From contig NZ_DASPMQ010000001.1 in assembly GCF_035626975.1 (NCBI RefSeq), forward strand, positions 4,574 through 68,573: 64,000 nucleotides of DNA. Reading direction: 5' to 3'. Source of the DNA: Brevundimonas sp. GTDB taxonomy: Bacteria; Pseudomonadota; Alphaproteobacteria; Caulobacterales; Caulobacteraceae. The notes under the pieces are model-generated. The model was given only the letters and a program-made list of their open reading frames with translations, did not search any database and had not been told where the DNA came from. How positions within the stretch are numbered: position 1 is the stretch's first letter; every line of letters starts with the position of its first letter. Both the position numbers and the translations under genes were made by a program. Of this stretch, positions 39,795 through 49,188 are shown one piece after another.

Positions 39795-40877
39795 TCAGGC
39801 CAGCGGCTTCACCCGGTTCACATGGCCCATCTTGCGGCCCGGCCGGGCCTCGGCCTTGCCGTAGAGGTGCAGGCGGGCGTCGGCCTTGCCGGACAAGGCC
39901 TTCCACTGCTCGACCTCGTCGCCGAGCAGATTGGTCATCTCGACCCGGGCGTGGGCCGCGGTCGGGCCCAGCGGCCAGCCGGCGATGGCGCGGACGTGCT
40001 GTTCGAACTGGTCGCAGACGCAGCCGTCCTGGGTCCAGTGGCCGGTGTTGTGGACCCGCGGCGCGATCTCGTTGACCAGCAGCTTGCCGTCTCCGAGATC
40101 GAACAGCTCGACGCCCAGCACGCCGACATAGTCCAGGCCCTCGAGAACAGCCTTCGCGATGGCCCTGGCCCGCTTCTCCGTCTTCGCGTCGACGGCGGCG
40201 GGGGCGAGCGTGGTCTTCAGCACCCCGCCCTTGTGGATGTTCTCGCCCAGCGGATAGACGGCGATGGCCCCGTCGCGGCCGCGCGCGGCGATCACCGACA
40301 GCTCGCGTGTGAAATCGGCCTTCGCCTCGAGGATGGCCGGCCGCTCGCCGATGGCGTGCCAGGCGTCCGCCGCCATCTTCGCCGAATGGATCCAGACCTG
40401 GCCCTTGCCGTCGTAGCCTTCACGCCGGGTCTTCAGCAGGGCGGGCGCGCCCAGCCGCTCCAGCCCGGCCAGCAGGTCGTCGAGGCTGTCGACCGCGACG
40501 AAATCGACCGTGGTCGCGCCGGCGCCGTTCAGGAAGGTCTTCTCGTCGACCCGGTCCTGGGCCACCGCCAGCGCCTTTGGCCCCGGCGAGACGACGGCGC
40601 CGCCCTCGGCCAGCCGCGCCACCGAGGCGGCGGGCACGTTCTCGAACTCGAAAGTCACGGCGGCGCAGGTCTGGCCCAGCACGCCCAGCGCCGTGGCGTT
40701 GTCATAGGCGGCGACGATCTGGCCCTGGGAGACGCGCCCGGCGGGGCTGTTCTCCTCCGGATCGAGAATGACGACGTTGAAGCCGAGCCGCGACGCGGCC
40801 TGGCTGAGCATCCGGCCCAGCTGGCCGCCGCCGAGAATGCCGAGGGTCGATCCGGGAGGCAGCGGAAGCGTGGTCAC
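39795..40877 (-). CDS. purK: N5-carboxyaminoimidazole ribonucleotide synthase
   Basis: GILGGGQLGRML, TFEFENVP, GYDGKGQ, NEIAPRVHNTGHWT, GRKMGH. Confidence 0.96.
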   Translation of the reverse strand: MTTLPLPPGSTLGILGGGQLGRMLSQAASRLGFNVVILDPEENSPAGRVSQGQIVAAYDNATALGVLGQTCAAVTFEFENVPAASVARLAEGGAVVSPGPKALAVAQDRVDEKTFLNGAGATTVDFVAVDSLDDLLAGLERLGAPALLKTRREGYDGKGQVWIHSAKMAADAWHAIGERPAILEAKADFTRELSVIAARGRDGAIAVYPLGENIHKGGVLKTTLAPAAVDAKTEKRARAIAKAVLEGLDYVGVLGVELFDLGDGKLLVNEIAPRVHNTGHWTQDGCVCDQFEQHVRAIAGWPLGPTAAHARVEMTNLLGDEVEQWKALSGKADARLHLYGKAEARPGRKMGHVNRVKPLA

Positions 40878-41369
40878 TCAGTCCTCGACCGTCTCGTGGA
40901 CCGCTTCGGTCTGGGCCTCGCGGAAGGCGGTCAGCCGTCCGGCCAGCACCGGGTCGGACAACGCCAGGATCTGGGCCGCCAGAATGCCGGCGTTCTTGGC
41001 GCCCGGCTCGCCGATCGCCAGGGTCGCCACCGGCACGCCGCCCGGCATCTGGGCGATGGAGAGAAGGCTGTCCATGCCCTTCAGCGCCTTCGACTCGACC
41101 GGCACGCCCAGCACCGGCAGTTCGGTCATCGAGGCGGCCATGCCCGGCAGATGAGCCGCGCCGCCGGCCCCGGCGATGATCACCTTGTAGCCCGCGGCCC
41201 GGGCTCCCGTGGCGAAGTCGAACAGGCGTTGCGGGGTGCGGTGGGCGCTGACGACCTTCGCGTCCCAGGCCACGCCCAGCCGGTCCAGCGCGTCGGCGGC
41301 GTGTTTCATCGTCGGCCAGTCCGAGCGGCTGCCCATGATGATCGCCACCGGCGGTGTCTGAGTCGCCAT
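40878..41369 (-). CDS. purE: N5-carboxyaminoimidazole ribonucleotide mutase
   Basis: [37 protein letters not shown]. Confidence 0.97.
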   Translation of the reverse strand: MATQTPPVAIIMGSRSDWPTMKHAADALDRLGVAWDAKVVSAHRTPQRLFDFATGARAAGYKVIIAGAGGAAHLPGMAASMTELPVLGVPVESKALKGMDSLLSIAQMPGGVPVATLAIGEPGAKNAGILAAQILALSDPVLAGRLTAFREAQTEAVHETVED

Positions 41370-41491
41370 GCTGGACGCCTTTCGCGGGAAAGCGGCGCGA
41401 TACAGGACTCGCGTTGCGCCCGCAACCGACGGCGTTAGGCTCATTCCTGGCCGGGGCGTGGTGAGTCGCCGGCCGGGGAGCTCTTTCGCTT

Positions 41492-42055
41492 GTGACCGAC
41501 GCGGCCGTCATCAACCCCATCGCCGAGATCGAGCGGCTCCGCGCCGAGGTCGAGGCTCTGCGCCGCCGCGCCGAGGCGGCCGAGGCGGCGGCCGATCACG
41601 ACGTGCTGACGCCCGCCCTGAACCGCCGCGGTTTCGTGGCGGCGATGAAGAGCGCCATGGCCTTCTGCCAGCGCCATGAGGTCCCCGCCGTCCTGCTCTA
41701 CCTCGATCTCGACGGCTTCAAGGGCGTCAACGACACCCTCGGCCACGCCGCCGGGGACGCCGCCCTGGTCCACGTGGCCGAGATGATGCGGGCCAATCTG
41801 CGCGAGTCGGACGCCGTCGGGCGGCTGGGCGGCGACGAGTTCGGCCTGCTGATGCTCAACGCCGGTCTCGACGAAGGCCGCGAGAAGGCCCGCCGCCTCG
41901 CCGAGACGCTGGAGAAGGCGCCGTTCGTATGGGAGGGCCGTTCCGCCGGCCTTGGCGGCTCGTTCGGCGTCCGCGCCTTCGCCGGCCACACCGACCCCGA
42001 GGTCTGGCTCGCCGAAGCCGACGCGGCCATGTGGGTCAGGAAGAAGGGCCGGTAA
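41492..42055 (+). CDS. Diguanylate cyclase (short coiled coil plus GGDEF)
   Basis: [36 protein letters not shown]-site five residues before GGDEF. Confidence 0.9.
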   Translation: MTDAAVINPIAEIERLRAEVEALRRRAEAAEAAADHDVLTPALNRRGFVAAMKSAMAFCQRHEVPAVLLYLDLDGFKGVNDTLGHAAGDAALVHVAEMMRANLRESDAVGRLGGDEFGLLMLNAGLDEGREKARRLAETLEKAPFVWEGRSAGLGGSFGVRAFAGHTDPEVWLAEADAAMWVRKKGR

Positions 42056-42058
42056 GCC

Positions 42059-42283
42059 TCAGGCGATGATGTCGGGCAGGACGATGGCCTCGATCTTCAC
42101 GATCTCGTCGCGCAGGGTCAGTTTCTTGCGCTTGAGCCGGGCGATGGTCAGCTGATCCGGCAGAGGCATCCGCGACAGCGCGTCTATGGAGACGTCGAGG
42201 TCGGAATGCTCCTGACGCAGTTCCTTGAGCCGGGCGTGAAGCGCCAGCTCTTCCTCGCTCAGAAACGGATCGTCGTCGTTCAT
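42059..42283 (-). CDS. DUF465/YdcH family protein
   Basis: LRQEHSDLDVSI, LTIARLKRKKLTLRDEI. Confidence 0.88.
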   Translation of the reverse strand: MNDDDPFLSEEELALHARLKELRQEHSDLDVSIDALSRMPLPDQLTIARLKRKKLTLRDEIVKIEAIVLPDIIA

Positions 42284-42320
42284 GGTCGGCCCCGGAGGCG
42301 GGCTTATAGCGTGCGTCGGC

Positions 42321-42797
42321 TCAGGCCGGAAGTCGTTCGGCGAGTTGGACCAGCCCCGCCCGCGGCGTCATCGGCGACCACTGCCGGGCCGCCGCGACCA
42401 AGGCTTCCAGCACCGGCCCCGGCGCACCTCCGGACGGCGGAGACAGGGCTTCCAGGGCGGCCAGAAGGCGGCGCTCCGCCTCCAGTTCGACGGCCTTGAC
42501 CTGAGCCCGCACCACCTCCCGGTCGCCGTCCTCCAGATCCGGATTTCGGCCCTTGAGCGTGCGCCGGATGGCTCGCAGTGGCGCGATGGCCGCCTCCTGC
42601 CAGGCCCGGGCGACGTCGCAGGCGGCCTCCAGCGTGTCGGCGTCCGGTCGCCGGCCCGTACGCGCGGCCCAGGCGGCCCACAACAGCAGGGGCACGTTCT
42701 GGCCGGCGGCATCCTGCAGATGCAGGCAGGCCTCGCCCACGCCCTCGGAGGCATAGGCCCGCACCGCCCAGTCCCACAGCGAGCCGTCCGAACTCAT
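42321..42797 (-). CDS. TIGR02444 (DUF2390) family protein
   Basis: LWDWAVRAYASEGVGEACLHLQD, VKAVELEAER; its start overlaps the ubiX stop. Confidence 0.82.
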   Translation of the reverse strand: MSSDGSLWDWAVRAYASEGVGEACLHLQDAAGQNVPLLLWAAWAARTGRRPDADTLEAACDVARAWQEAAIAPLRAIRRTLKGRNPDLEDGDREVVRAQVKAVELEAERRLLAALEALSPPSGGAPGPVLEALVAAARQWSPMTPRAGLVQLAERLPA

Positions 42798-43408
42798 TCC
42801 GCTGTCGCGCTCTTCAGGCCGGCCCAACGCCTGACGCCCGACCACTCGAGGCCGAACAGGTCCAGCGCCCGGCCGACGGACTGGTCGACCATCTCCTCGA
42901 TCGACGCCGGCCGGGCGTACAGGGCGGGCAGGGGCGGGGCGATGATCGCGCCCATCTCCGCCAGAGCCGTCATGGTGCGCAGGTGACCCAGGTGCAGCGG
43001 CGTCTCGCGCACCATCAGCACCAGCGGCCGCCGCTCCTTGAGCACGACATCGGCGGCGCGGGTCAGCAGGGTCGAGGTCACGCCGGTGGCGATCTCGCTC
43101 ATGGTCCGCACCGAACAGGGGGCGACGATCATGCCCATGGTCCGGAACGAACCCGAGGCGATCGAGGCGCCGACGTCATTGAGCCGGTGCGTCACGTCGG
43201 CGCGGCCCATCAGATCGTCGGCCGACAGATCGGTTTCCTGCGACAGGGTCAGCAGCGCGGCGCGGGTGACGACGAGATGGCTCTCGACCCCCATCTCACG
43301 CAGCGCGTCGAGCGTCCGTATGCCGTAGGCCGCGCCGGACGCTCCGGAAATTCCGACGACGAGGCGGGGAGGCGAGGTCCGTACGGCTCCGTTCAAATCA
43401 TCGGCCAT
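42794..43408 (-). CDS. ubiX: Flavin prenyltransferase UbiX
   Basis: VVGISGASG, IASGSF, APCS, RAADVVLKERR, RETP. Confidence 0.95.
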   Translation of the reverse strand: MADDLNGAVRTSPPRLVVGISGASGAAYGIRTLDALREMGVESHLVVTRAALLTLSQETDLSADDLMGRADVTHRLNDVGASIASGSFRTMGMIVAPCSVRTMSEIATGVTSTLLTRAADVVLKERRPLVLMVRETPLHLGHLRTMTALAEMGAIIAPPLPALYARPASIEEMVDQSVGRALDLFGLEWSGVRRWAGLKSATAE

Positions 43409-43523
43409 ATTCGGGTCCAGGGCGTCGGGTCCGGACGGCCGGCGGCCTCACCGGAAAGTGATTCCACAGCCGGTCAAGCCGGGCGCTCAATCTAGTGGTC
43501 CCTTAGACATGGAGGCGCAAGCC

Positions 43524-43697
43524 ATGACCATCGAAGCTCGTATCCGCGAACTGGGAAACCGTCACCGCAACCTGGATGAGACCATCCGGCGGGAGATGAT
43601 CCACCCGGCCACGGACTCGCTTCGCGTAAGGGAGCTCAAGCAACAGAAGCTCCGGCTCAAGGAAGAGATCACCAGTCTGGAGGCCCGAGCGCACTAG
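43524..43697 (+). CDS. DUF465/YdcH family small protein
   Basis: ELGNRHRNLDETI...ELKQQKLRLKEEI; GGAGG RBS upstream. Confidence 0.85.
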   Translation: MTIEARIRELGNRHRNLDETIRREMIHPATDSLRVRELKQQKLRLKEEITSLEARAH

Positions 43698-43718
43698 CGA
43701 CGGTCTCCCGCACAAGGA

Positions 43719-43751
43719 AAGACGGCCCCGGAGCGATCCGGGGCCGTTTTT
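43719..43751. terminator. Intrinsic terminator between convergent genes
   Basis: GACGGCCCCGGA-GCGA-TCCGGGGCCGTT followed by TTT, with an A-run upstream. Confidence 0.8.
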
Positions 43752-43752
43752 G

Positions 43753-44421
43753 TCAGTCCTTCTTGCCGAAGACCGATTCGGCGGTCGGTTCGGCGCCGCG
43801 GCGTTCGCGGGCTTCCGGAACGAATTCCGGCTCGGCGGGCTCGGCGGCGTCGGCGGGCTGCAGGGTGGCGCCGCCCTTCTTGGCGTCGTCCTTCGCCTTC
43901 TTGTCGGCGGCCTTGCGAACCAGTTCGTCCAGGGCAAGCTGGCCGACGAGGCCCAGCGTCACCGGATCGACCGGCTTGATGTTGGGGCTGTTCCAGTGGG
44001 TGCGGTTGCGCACGCTCTCGATGGTCGACTTGGTCGTGCCCAGCAGCTTGGCGATCTGGGCGTCGGTGACCTCGGGATGGTTGCGCACGAACCAGGCGAT
44101 GGCGTCCGGGCGGTCCTGGCGGCGTGACACCGGCGTGTATTTCGGCGCCGGCTTGTGGCTCTTCATCAGCTCGGCGTGGCGGCTGACTACGGCCTGCATG
44201 CGGTAGTTTTCGTCGTTCTGGGCCTTGTCCAGCTCCTCGCGGGTCAGCTGGCCGTTGACCAGCGGGTCAGCGCCGCGGATGTCGCGGGCCACGTCGCCGT
44301 CGGCGATCCCGCGTACTTCCAGCGGGTGCAGGCCGCAGAAATCGGCGATCTGCTCGAAGGTGAGGGAGGTGTTGTCGACCAGCCAGACCGCGGTGGCCTT
44401 GGGCATCAGGATGTCGGTCAT
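43753..44421 (-). CDS. DUF1013 domain-containing protein
   Basis: LMPKATAVWLVDNTSLTFEQIADFC, KYTPVSRRQDRPDAI, PVDPVTLGL. Confidence 0.9.
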   Translation of the reverse strand: MTDILMPKATAVWLVDNTSLTFEQIADFCGLHPLEVRGIADGDVARDIRGADPLVNGQLTREELDKAQNDENYRMQAVVSRHAELMKSHKPAPKYTPVSRRQDRPDAIAWFVRNHPEVTDAQIAKLLGTTKSTIESVRNRTHWNSPNIKPVDPVTLGLVGQLALDELVRKAADKKAKDDAKKGGATLQPADAAEPAEPEFVPEARERRGAEPTAESVFGKKD

Positions 44422-44579
44422 GAGCGTCTTTGCTTCTGTTTTTGGCCCGCCGCGGCGGGTTCCGGATACGACGGCGCCCGACCTTTCGGCCGGGCGCGGA
44501 AGCCACCGATATAGGCTCATTCGCGACAAAAGAAAACGAAAGCCGACATCCGCATACAGCCACGGTTCATCCGGGCGGC

Positions 44580-44604
44580 TGAACAGTGGTTCCACAGACG
44601 CGTT
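44580..44604 (+). promoter_or_regulatory. ECF (EcfG-like) promoter, variant -35
   Basis: TGAAC-N16-CGTT, 30 nt upstream of the ATG at 44635. Confidence 0.5.
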
Positions 44605-44634
44605 GTGCGTCCATGAAACCCGATGGAGGGACCC

Positions 44635-45228
44635 ATGTTGATCGAAACCCTTGCCGCCGTGGCCCTGTTGTCCGGCGCCGGCCAGGAAGCCGCTCCGAAC
44701 GGGGGCGGTCAGGAGCGCGTCGCGCCGCGCGGCGACTATCGTGACACCTGCAGCGGCGAGTACGTCAATCGTGGGCGGCTTTACGCCGATTGCCGCGACC
44801 GTCGCGGAAACATCCGCGGCACGTCGATCGAGCTGAACCGCTGCTCGGACTATGAGATTCGCAATGACAACGGCTTGCTGGCCTGCGGGCCGTTCCGCGG
44901 GACCTATGAGGACCGGCCGGGCGGCGGACGTCCCGACGACGACGGCGGCTGGGGCGGCGGGCGCAACTCGATCACCGTGTACCGCGATTCCAATTTCCGC
45001 GGCGCCAGCACCCGCTTCACCGGCGCGATGCCGAACCTGCGGAACAGCGGTTTCAACGACGTGATCAGCTCAATGGAGTTCCGCGGCGAGTGGGTGGCCT
45101 GCACCGACGCCTATTTCCGCGGTCAGTGCCAGACGTTCCGCGACGACGTGGCGAACCTGCAGCGGTGGGGCATGAACGACCGCATCTCGTCGCTCCGTCC
45201 CGCCGGTCGCGGCGGCGGACGCTGGTAG
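44635..45228 (+). CDS. Secreted protein with CVNH/lectin-like domain and beta/gamma-crystallin-like domain
   Basis: Signal peptide; YRDTC..LYADCRDRRG..SIELNRC..IRNDNGLLAC; ITVYRDSNFRG..FND.ISS repeated twice; GGAGG RBS. Confidence 0.7.
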   Translation: MLIETLAAVALLSGAGQEAAPNGGGQERVAPRGDYRDTCSGEYVNRGRLYADCRDRRGNIRGTSIELNRCSDYEIRNDNGLLACGPFRGTYEDRPGGGRPDDDGGWGGGRNSITVYRDSNFRGASTRFTGAMPNLRNSGFNDVISSMEFRGEWVACTDAYFRGQCQTFRDDVANLQRWGMNDRISSLRPAGRGGGRW

Positions 45229-46200
45229 TCAGGCCGTCAGCACGATCTTGCCGACGTGGTCGCCCGCCTCGAGCCTCAGGTGGGCGGCCGACGCCTGTTC
45301 CAGCGGAAAGGTCGCCTCGACGGGCGGTCGCACCGCCCCCGCCGCGATCCACGGCCAGGCGCCCGCCTCCACCGCTGCGATCAGCCGGGCCTTCTCGTCG
45401 GCTGGCCGGGCGCGAAGCGTCGAACCGGTCAGCACGATCCGCTTCATCATCAGCCGGGCCAGGTCCACCTGCGCCAGCGAACCTGACAGGGTGGCGATGA
45501 CCACCCAGCGGCCGAAGGGCTTCAGCACGGTCTGGTTCAACGCCGCGTAGTCCGCGCCGACCATATCCAGCACCACGTCGACGCCGCCGAAGGCTGTGAT
45601 CGCGGCCTCGAGGTCGTCCGTACGGGCATCAAGGCTGAGCTCGGCGCCGAGCGCCCTGGCGGCCCTCGCCTTGTCCGCGCCACGCGAGGTGGCGACGACC
45701 CGGGCGCCCGCCGCCCTGGCCATCTGGATGGCGGTGACGCCGATACCGCTGGTCGCCCCGTGGATGAGCAGGGTTTCGCCGGCCTTCAGCGTCCCCGCCT
45801 CGAAAACATTGGCGAAGACGGTGCAGACCGTCTCGGGAAGGGCCGCGGCCTGCACCATATTGAGGCCGTCGGGGACGGGCAGGACGTGGCGGGCGTCGAC
45901 GACCGCGTATTCCGCATAGCCGCCCCCGCCCAGCAGGGCGCAGACGCGGTCGCCTGCGCTCCAGCGGCTGACGCCTTCGCCGACCTGGTCCACCTCTCCG
46001 GCCACTTCGAGGCCGAGTATGTCGGAGGCGCCGGGCGGAGCGGGGTAACGGCCCTGCCGCTGAAGGAGGTCCGGTCGGTTCACGCCGGCGGCGCGCACCC
46101 GAATGCGAATCTGGCCGGGACCGGCGACCGGATCGGGCCTCCCGACGAGCGCCAGCGCCTCCGCGGGACCCGATCCGCCAGTAATTTCGATAGCCCGCAT
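45229..46200 (-). CDS. NAD(P)H-quinone oxidoreductase, PIG3 family
   Basis: AAGVNRPD, GLEVAG, GGGYAEY, LIHGATSGIG, GSTLRAR. Confidence 0.92.
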   Translation of the reverse strand: MRAIEITGGSGPAEALALVGRPDPVAGPGQIRIRVRAAGVNRPDLLQRQGRYPAPPGASDILGLEVAGEVDQVGEGVSRWSAGDRVCALLGGGGYAEYAVVDARHVLPVPDGLNMVQAAALPETVCTVFANVFEAGTLKAGETLLIHGATSGIGVTAIQMARAAGARVVATSRGADKARAARALGAELSLDARTDDLEAAITAFGGVDVVLDMVGADYAALNQTVLKPFGRWVVIATLSGSLAQVDLARLMMKRIVLTGSTLRARPADEKARLIAAVEAGAWPWIAAGAVRPPVEATFPLEQASAAHLRLEAGDHVGKIVLTA

Positions 46201-46281
46201 CGGCTCCCCGTTCTTGCAATCGTCCGTGTCCGGGCGTTCAGATAGGCGTCTGGTTGCCGGTTGGCCAAGAAGGAGGCGGCG

Positions 46282-46485
46282 ATGTTCGAGGATCTGGAGC
46301 CCCGTCCGGCGCGGGGAGCGCCCCTGATCGCCCTGACGCGCGAGGATCTGGACGGCTATTCGGTCGAGGACCTCAAGCAGCGTATCGCCGGGCTCGAGGC
46401 GGAGATCGCCCGCTCGAACGCGGCCATAGAAGGCAAGTCCTCACAGCGGAACGCGGCCGACGCCATGTTCAATTTCCGCCCCTGA
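46282..46485 (+). CDS. DUF1192 family small protein
   Basis: EDLDGYSVEDL..RIAGLEAEIAR...AADAMF; AGGAGG RBS. Confidence 0.85.
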   Translation: MFEDLEPRPARGAPLIALTREDLDGYSVEDLKQRIAGLEAEIARSNAAIEGKSSQRNAADAMFNFRP

Positions 46486-46567
46486 CCCGGTCTGCTGGCA
46501 TGGCCGTTGCAAGCGCCTCGGCTACCGCGCGAAACCGTGCCGGTCGTGATACGGATGCGCCTGCCCC

Positions 46568-47104
46568 ATGAGTCTGACCGAGTTGATGCCCAGCGACGAC
46601 CTGATCATCCCTACGCCCGCCGGACGCAACCGCGCGGCCGTCGTCGACGACTTCGCCCGGTCGGAGTTGTTCGACCGCACATTCCGGGAGGGGATGGAGC
46701 TGGTCGAGGAGACCGCGGCCTATCTGGACGGGGATGGCCGGCGAGAATCCAAGCTGCTGTCCCGGGCTACGGCCCTGGCCTATGCTGGCGAGAGCATGAA
46801 GCTGACCACCCGGCTGATGCAGATCGCCTCATGGCTGCTGGTCCAGCGGGCGGTGCGAGAGGGCGACATGACCGCCAGCGCGGCGTGCGAGCCCCGCTAT
46901 CGGCTGGCCGAGCGCAAGATCGAAACGGACCCGACGCACCCCGACCTGCCGATCGCGCTGATCGAATACGTGGTCCGGGCCGAGAAACTGTACGACCGCG
47001 TGCTCCATCTCGACCGGCGCATGTATCTGGATGCGCCGGAGGAAGAGGCCGTCAACCCGGTGCAGAGCCAGCTGGACCGGCTGACGGCGGCGTTCCGGCA
47101 GTAG
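46568..47104 (+). CDS. rcdA: Regulator of CtrA degradation RcdA (DUF1465)
   Basis: DFARSELFDRTF.EGM.LVEETAAYLDG, ESMKLTTRLMQIASWLLVQRAV, LDRLTAAF. Confidence 0.9.
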   Translation: MSLTELMPSDDLIIPTPAGRNRAAVVDDFARSELFDRTFREGMELVEETAAYLDGDGRRESKLLSRATALAYAGESMKLTTRLMQIASWLLVQRAVREGDMTASAACEPRYRLAERKIETDPTHPDLPIALIEYVVRAEKLYDRVLHLDRRMYLDAPEEEAVNPVQSQLDRLTAAFRQ

Positions 47105-47107
47105 GGA

Positions 47108-48673
47108 CTACGGCCCGACGTCGTTCGCCACGTTGCGGCCGTCGTCGACCGGCTTGGGCAGACTGACGGCGATGCCGAGGGCCTCGGCCAGCTTGTCGTC
47201 ACGCCCGTAGACGTCCTCGCGGAAGGCGACGCGGCCCTGACCGTCGACGAAGGCGGTCCAGTACAGCAGGCGGACGGTGATCTCGCGGCCGGTCTGGATA
47301 CGCTTGGTTTCGCGGCTGTCCTGGGCTTCGTCGAACTGGGCCAGCAGGGCAGGATCGGGCGACAGCAGCAGACGGGCGAACTCGACCGCGTCCTGGACCC
47401 GCACGCAGCCGTGGCTGCGCTGGCGCATGGACAGGTTGAAGGCGGCCTTGGACGGCGTGTCGTGCAGGAAGATGGCGTAGCTGTCGCGCAGCTCGAACTT
47501 CACATAGCCGAGCGCCGCCGTGGGCCCGGCGCGCTGCACGACGGTTCCGGACTCGGTGATGAACATGTTCTGGCTGGCCAGATAGCCCGGGCCGCGCGGC
47601 AGGATCTCGTTGCGGGCGATCGAGGCGGGCACGTACCAGGGCGGGTTGGCCACGACCGAGGCGAACTGCTTTTCGAGGCTGGGCGTCTGGTTGGTCGGCG
47701 AGCCGCAGACGACGCGGTTCGAGTGAACCGGCTTGCCGTCCTTCCAGTAGACCATGATCGCTGCAGCGGTGTTGACCTCGATCCGCTCGGGCGCAAGGTC
47801 GCGCTTCAGCCAGCGACGGCGTTCCAGGTTGAGCGCGATCTGGCGGGCGCGATCCTCGGCCGAGGCTGACAGGGAGCGCTGGGTGCCCGTGCCGATGCGG
47901 CCGTCGGAACCCAGTCCGTGCCGGACCTGGAAACCCTTTACCGCTTCCTCGAGCTCGGGACCGTAGAGCGTGCCCATCGACGCCAGCCGGGCGCCGTCGG
48001 TCGCGGACAGATCGCCCTCGGCGACGAGGCGCTGGATCAGAATGGGGATGCGGGCGTCGCTGGTCCCCGGTTCGATGGTCGGCCCAACCTGGAAGGTCGG
48101 CCAGCCGCGGCCGTCGCGGATCATCCGGCGATAGCGCACATAGCCGGCCGAAAGGTTCGAATAACCGATGTCGGTCGGGGCCAGCGCCTCGAACCAGTCC
48201 ACCAGACGATTCTGGGCGAGGGCGTCGTTGAGCCCGACGGGCAGGTCGACGCGGTTCTTCTGCATCTCCCACAGATCTTCGACCGTCTCGGGCCGCACCC
48301 GGCCTTCGGCCAGCACACGGCCGTAGCCCAGGGCCGCCGCCGTGGTGCGCATCTCGGCCGCCGCAGGGACGGCGGCCAGGGCGTCGAAGTCGAAGAAGTC
48401 GCCCTGCGACAGGCCGTGGCGCTCGGCGCGTCCGGCGGCGCCCCGGAGGGCCTGCAGGCGTTCCGGAGTCCACACCGGCCGCCAGCCGTTCAGCTCGTAG
48501 AAGGCGCGGACGTCGGGCTGGACCGTCGCCGGCAGCCGGGCCAGCTGGTCATTGAAGCTGTCGTAAAAGGCGACCGACGCCGGATCACGGGTCTGCGCCC
48601 TCACGGCGAACCCGCTTGCCGACGCGATGGCCGCCGCCGCCGCGCCCAGACCCAGTTGCCGTCGATTCATCAC
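47108..48673 (-). CDS. L,D-transpeptidase (YcbB/LdtD-like) with peptidoglycan-binding domain
   Basis: Twin-arginine signal (MNRRQL), FQVRHGL..DG.IG, LHDTP..SHGCVRV catalytic motif. Confidence 0.9.
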   Translation of the reverse strand: MMNRRQLGLGAAAAAIASASGFAVRAQTRDPASVAFYDSFNDQLARLPATVQPDVRAFYELNGWRPVWTPERLQALRGAAGRAERHGLSQGDFFDFDALAAVPAAAEMRTTAAALGYGRVLAEGRVRPETVEDLWEMQKNRVDLPVGLNDALAQNRLVDWFEALAPTDIGYSNLSAGYVRYRRMIRDGRGWPTFQVGPTIEPGTSDARIPILIQRLVAEGDLSATDGARLASMGTLYGPELEEAVKGFQVRHGLGSDGRIGTGTQRSLSASAEDRARQIALNLERRRWLKRDLAPERIEVNTAAAIMVYWKDGKPVHSNRVVCGSPTNQTPSLEKQFASVVANPPWYVPASIARNEILPRGPGYLASQNMFITESGTVVQRAGPTAALGYVKFELRDSYAIFLHDTPSKAAFNLSMRQRSHGCVRVQDAVEFARLLLSPDPALLAQFDEAQDSRETKRIQTGREITVRLLYWTAFVDGQGRVAFREDVYGRDDKLAEALGIAVSLPKPVDDGRNVANDVGP

Positions 48674-48759
48674 TGCTGCTCTTCGCCCGATTCCACGCAG
48701 GACCCTGCGTCCACGCCCCGATGGTCCAACGCGGCCATGTTATCGGCGTTCCGGGGAAA

Positions 48760-48791
48760 CAAAAAGGCGCCGGTCCGGGGACCGACGCCTT
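48760..48791 (-). terminator. Intrinsic terminator after rpmE
   Basis: Minus strand AAGGCGTCGGTC-CCCG-GACCGGCGCC followed by TTTTT. Confidence 0.75.
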
Positions 48792-48831
48792 CGTGAACGT
48801 CCTGGCGGGGACTGTGACCCGAAAACCAGAC

Positions 48832-49056
48832 CTACTTCTTGATGAAGCCGCCGAACTTGTTGTTGAAGCGCGAGACGCGGCCGCCGCGGTCCATCAGCTG
48901 CTGGTTGCCGCCGGTCCAGGCCGGGTGCGTCAGCGGGTCGATGTCCAGGTTCAGGACGGCGCCTTCCTTCTGGTAGGTGGAGCGCGTCTTGTAGGTCGTA
49001 CCATCCGTCATCGTCACGGTGATGAAGTGGTAGTCGGGGTGCGTATCGGCCTTCAT
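48832..49056 (-). CDS. rpmE: 50S ribosomal protein L31
   Basis: [10 protein letters not shown]...[13 protein letters not shown]...[11 protein letters not shown]. Confidence 0.95.
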   Translation of the reverse strand: MKADTHPDYHFITVTMTDGTTYKTRSTYQKEGAVLNLDIDPLTHPAWTGGNQQLMDRGGRVSRFNNKFGGFIKK

Positions 49057-49188
49057 GGTCGTTGTCCGGTCTCTGCGCGATGACGATGCCGACCGTCGGT
49101 GCGCGAAAATGAGAAATCCCGCCAAGGAGGGCGGGAATGAGCGGCGGCGTTTACACCGGGGGCCGTTCCGGGGCAAGAGGCGCGCGCC

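Noticed and set aside
42059-43697. Two DUF465 genes flanking ubiX and TIGR02444
   Set aside because: I recognise this as a common alphaproteobacterial neighbourhood, with nothing unexplained in the sequence.
48832-49056. L31 lacking zinc-binding cysteines as a sign of a zinc-starvation paralogue
   Set aside because: Cys-less L31 is the normal form in alphaproteobacteria, and no Zur-box-like context was seen.
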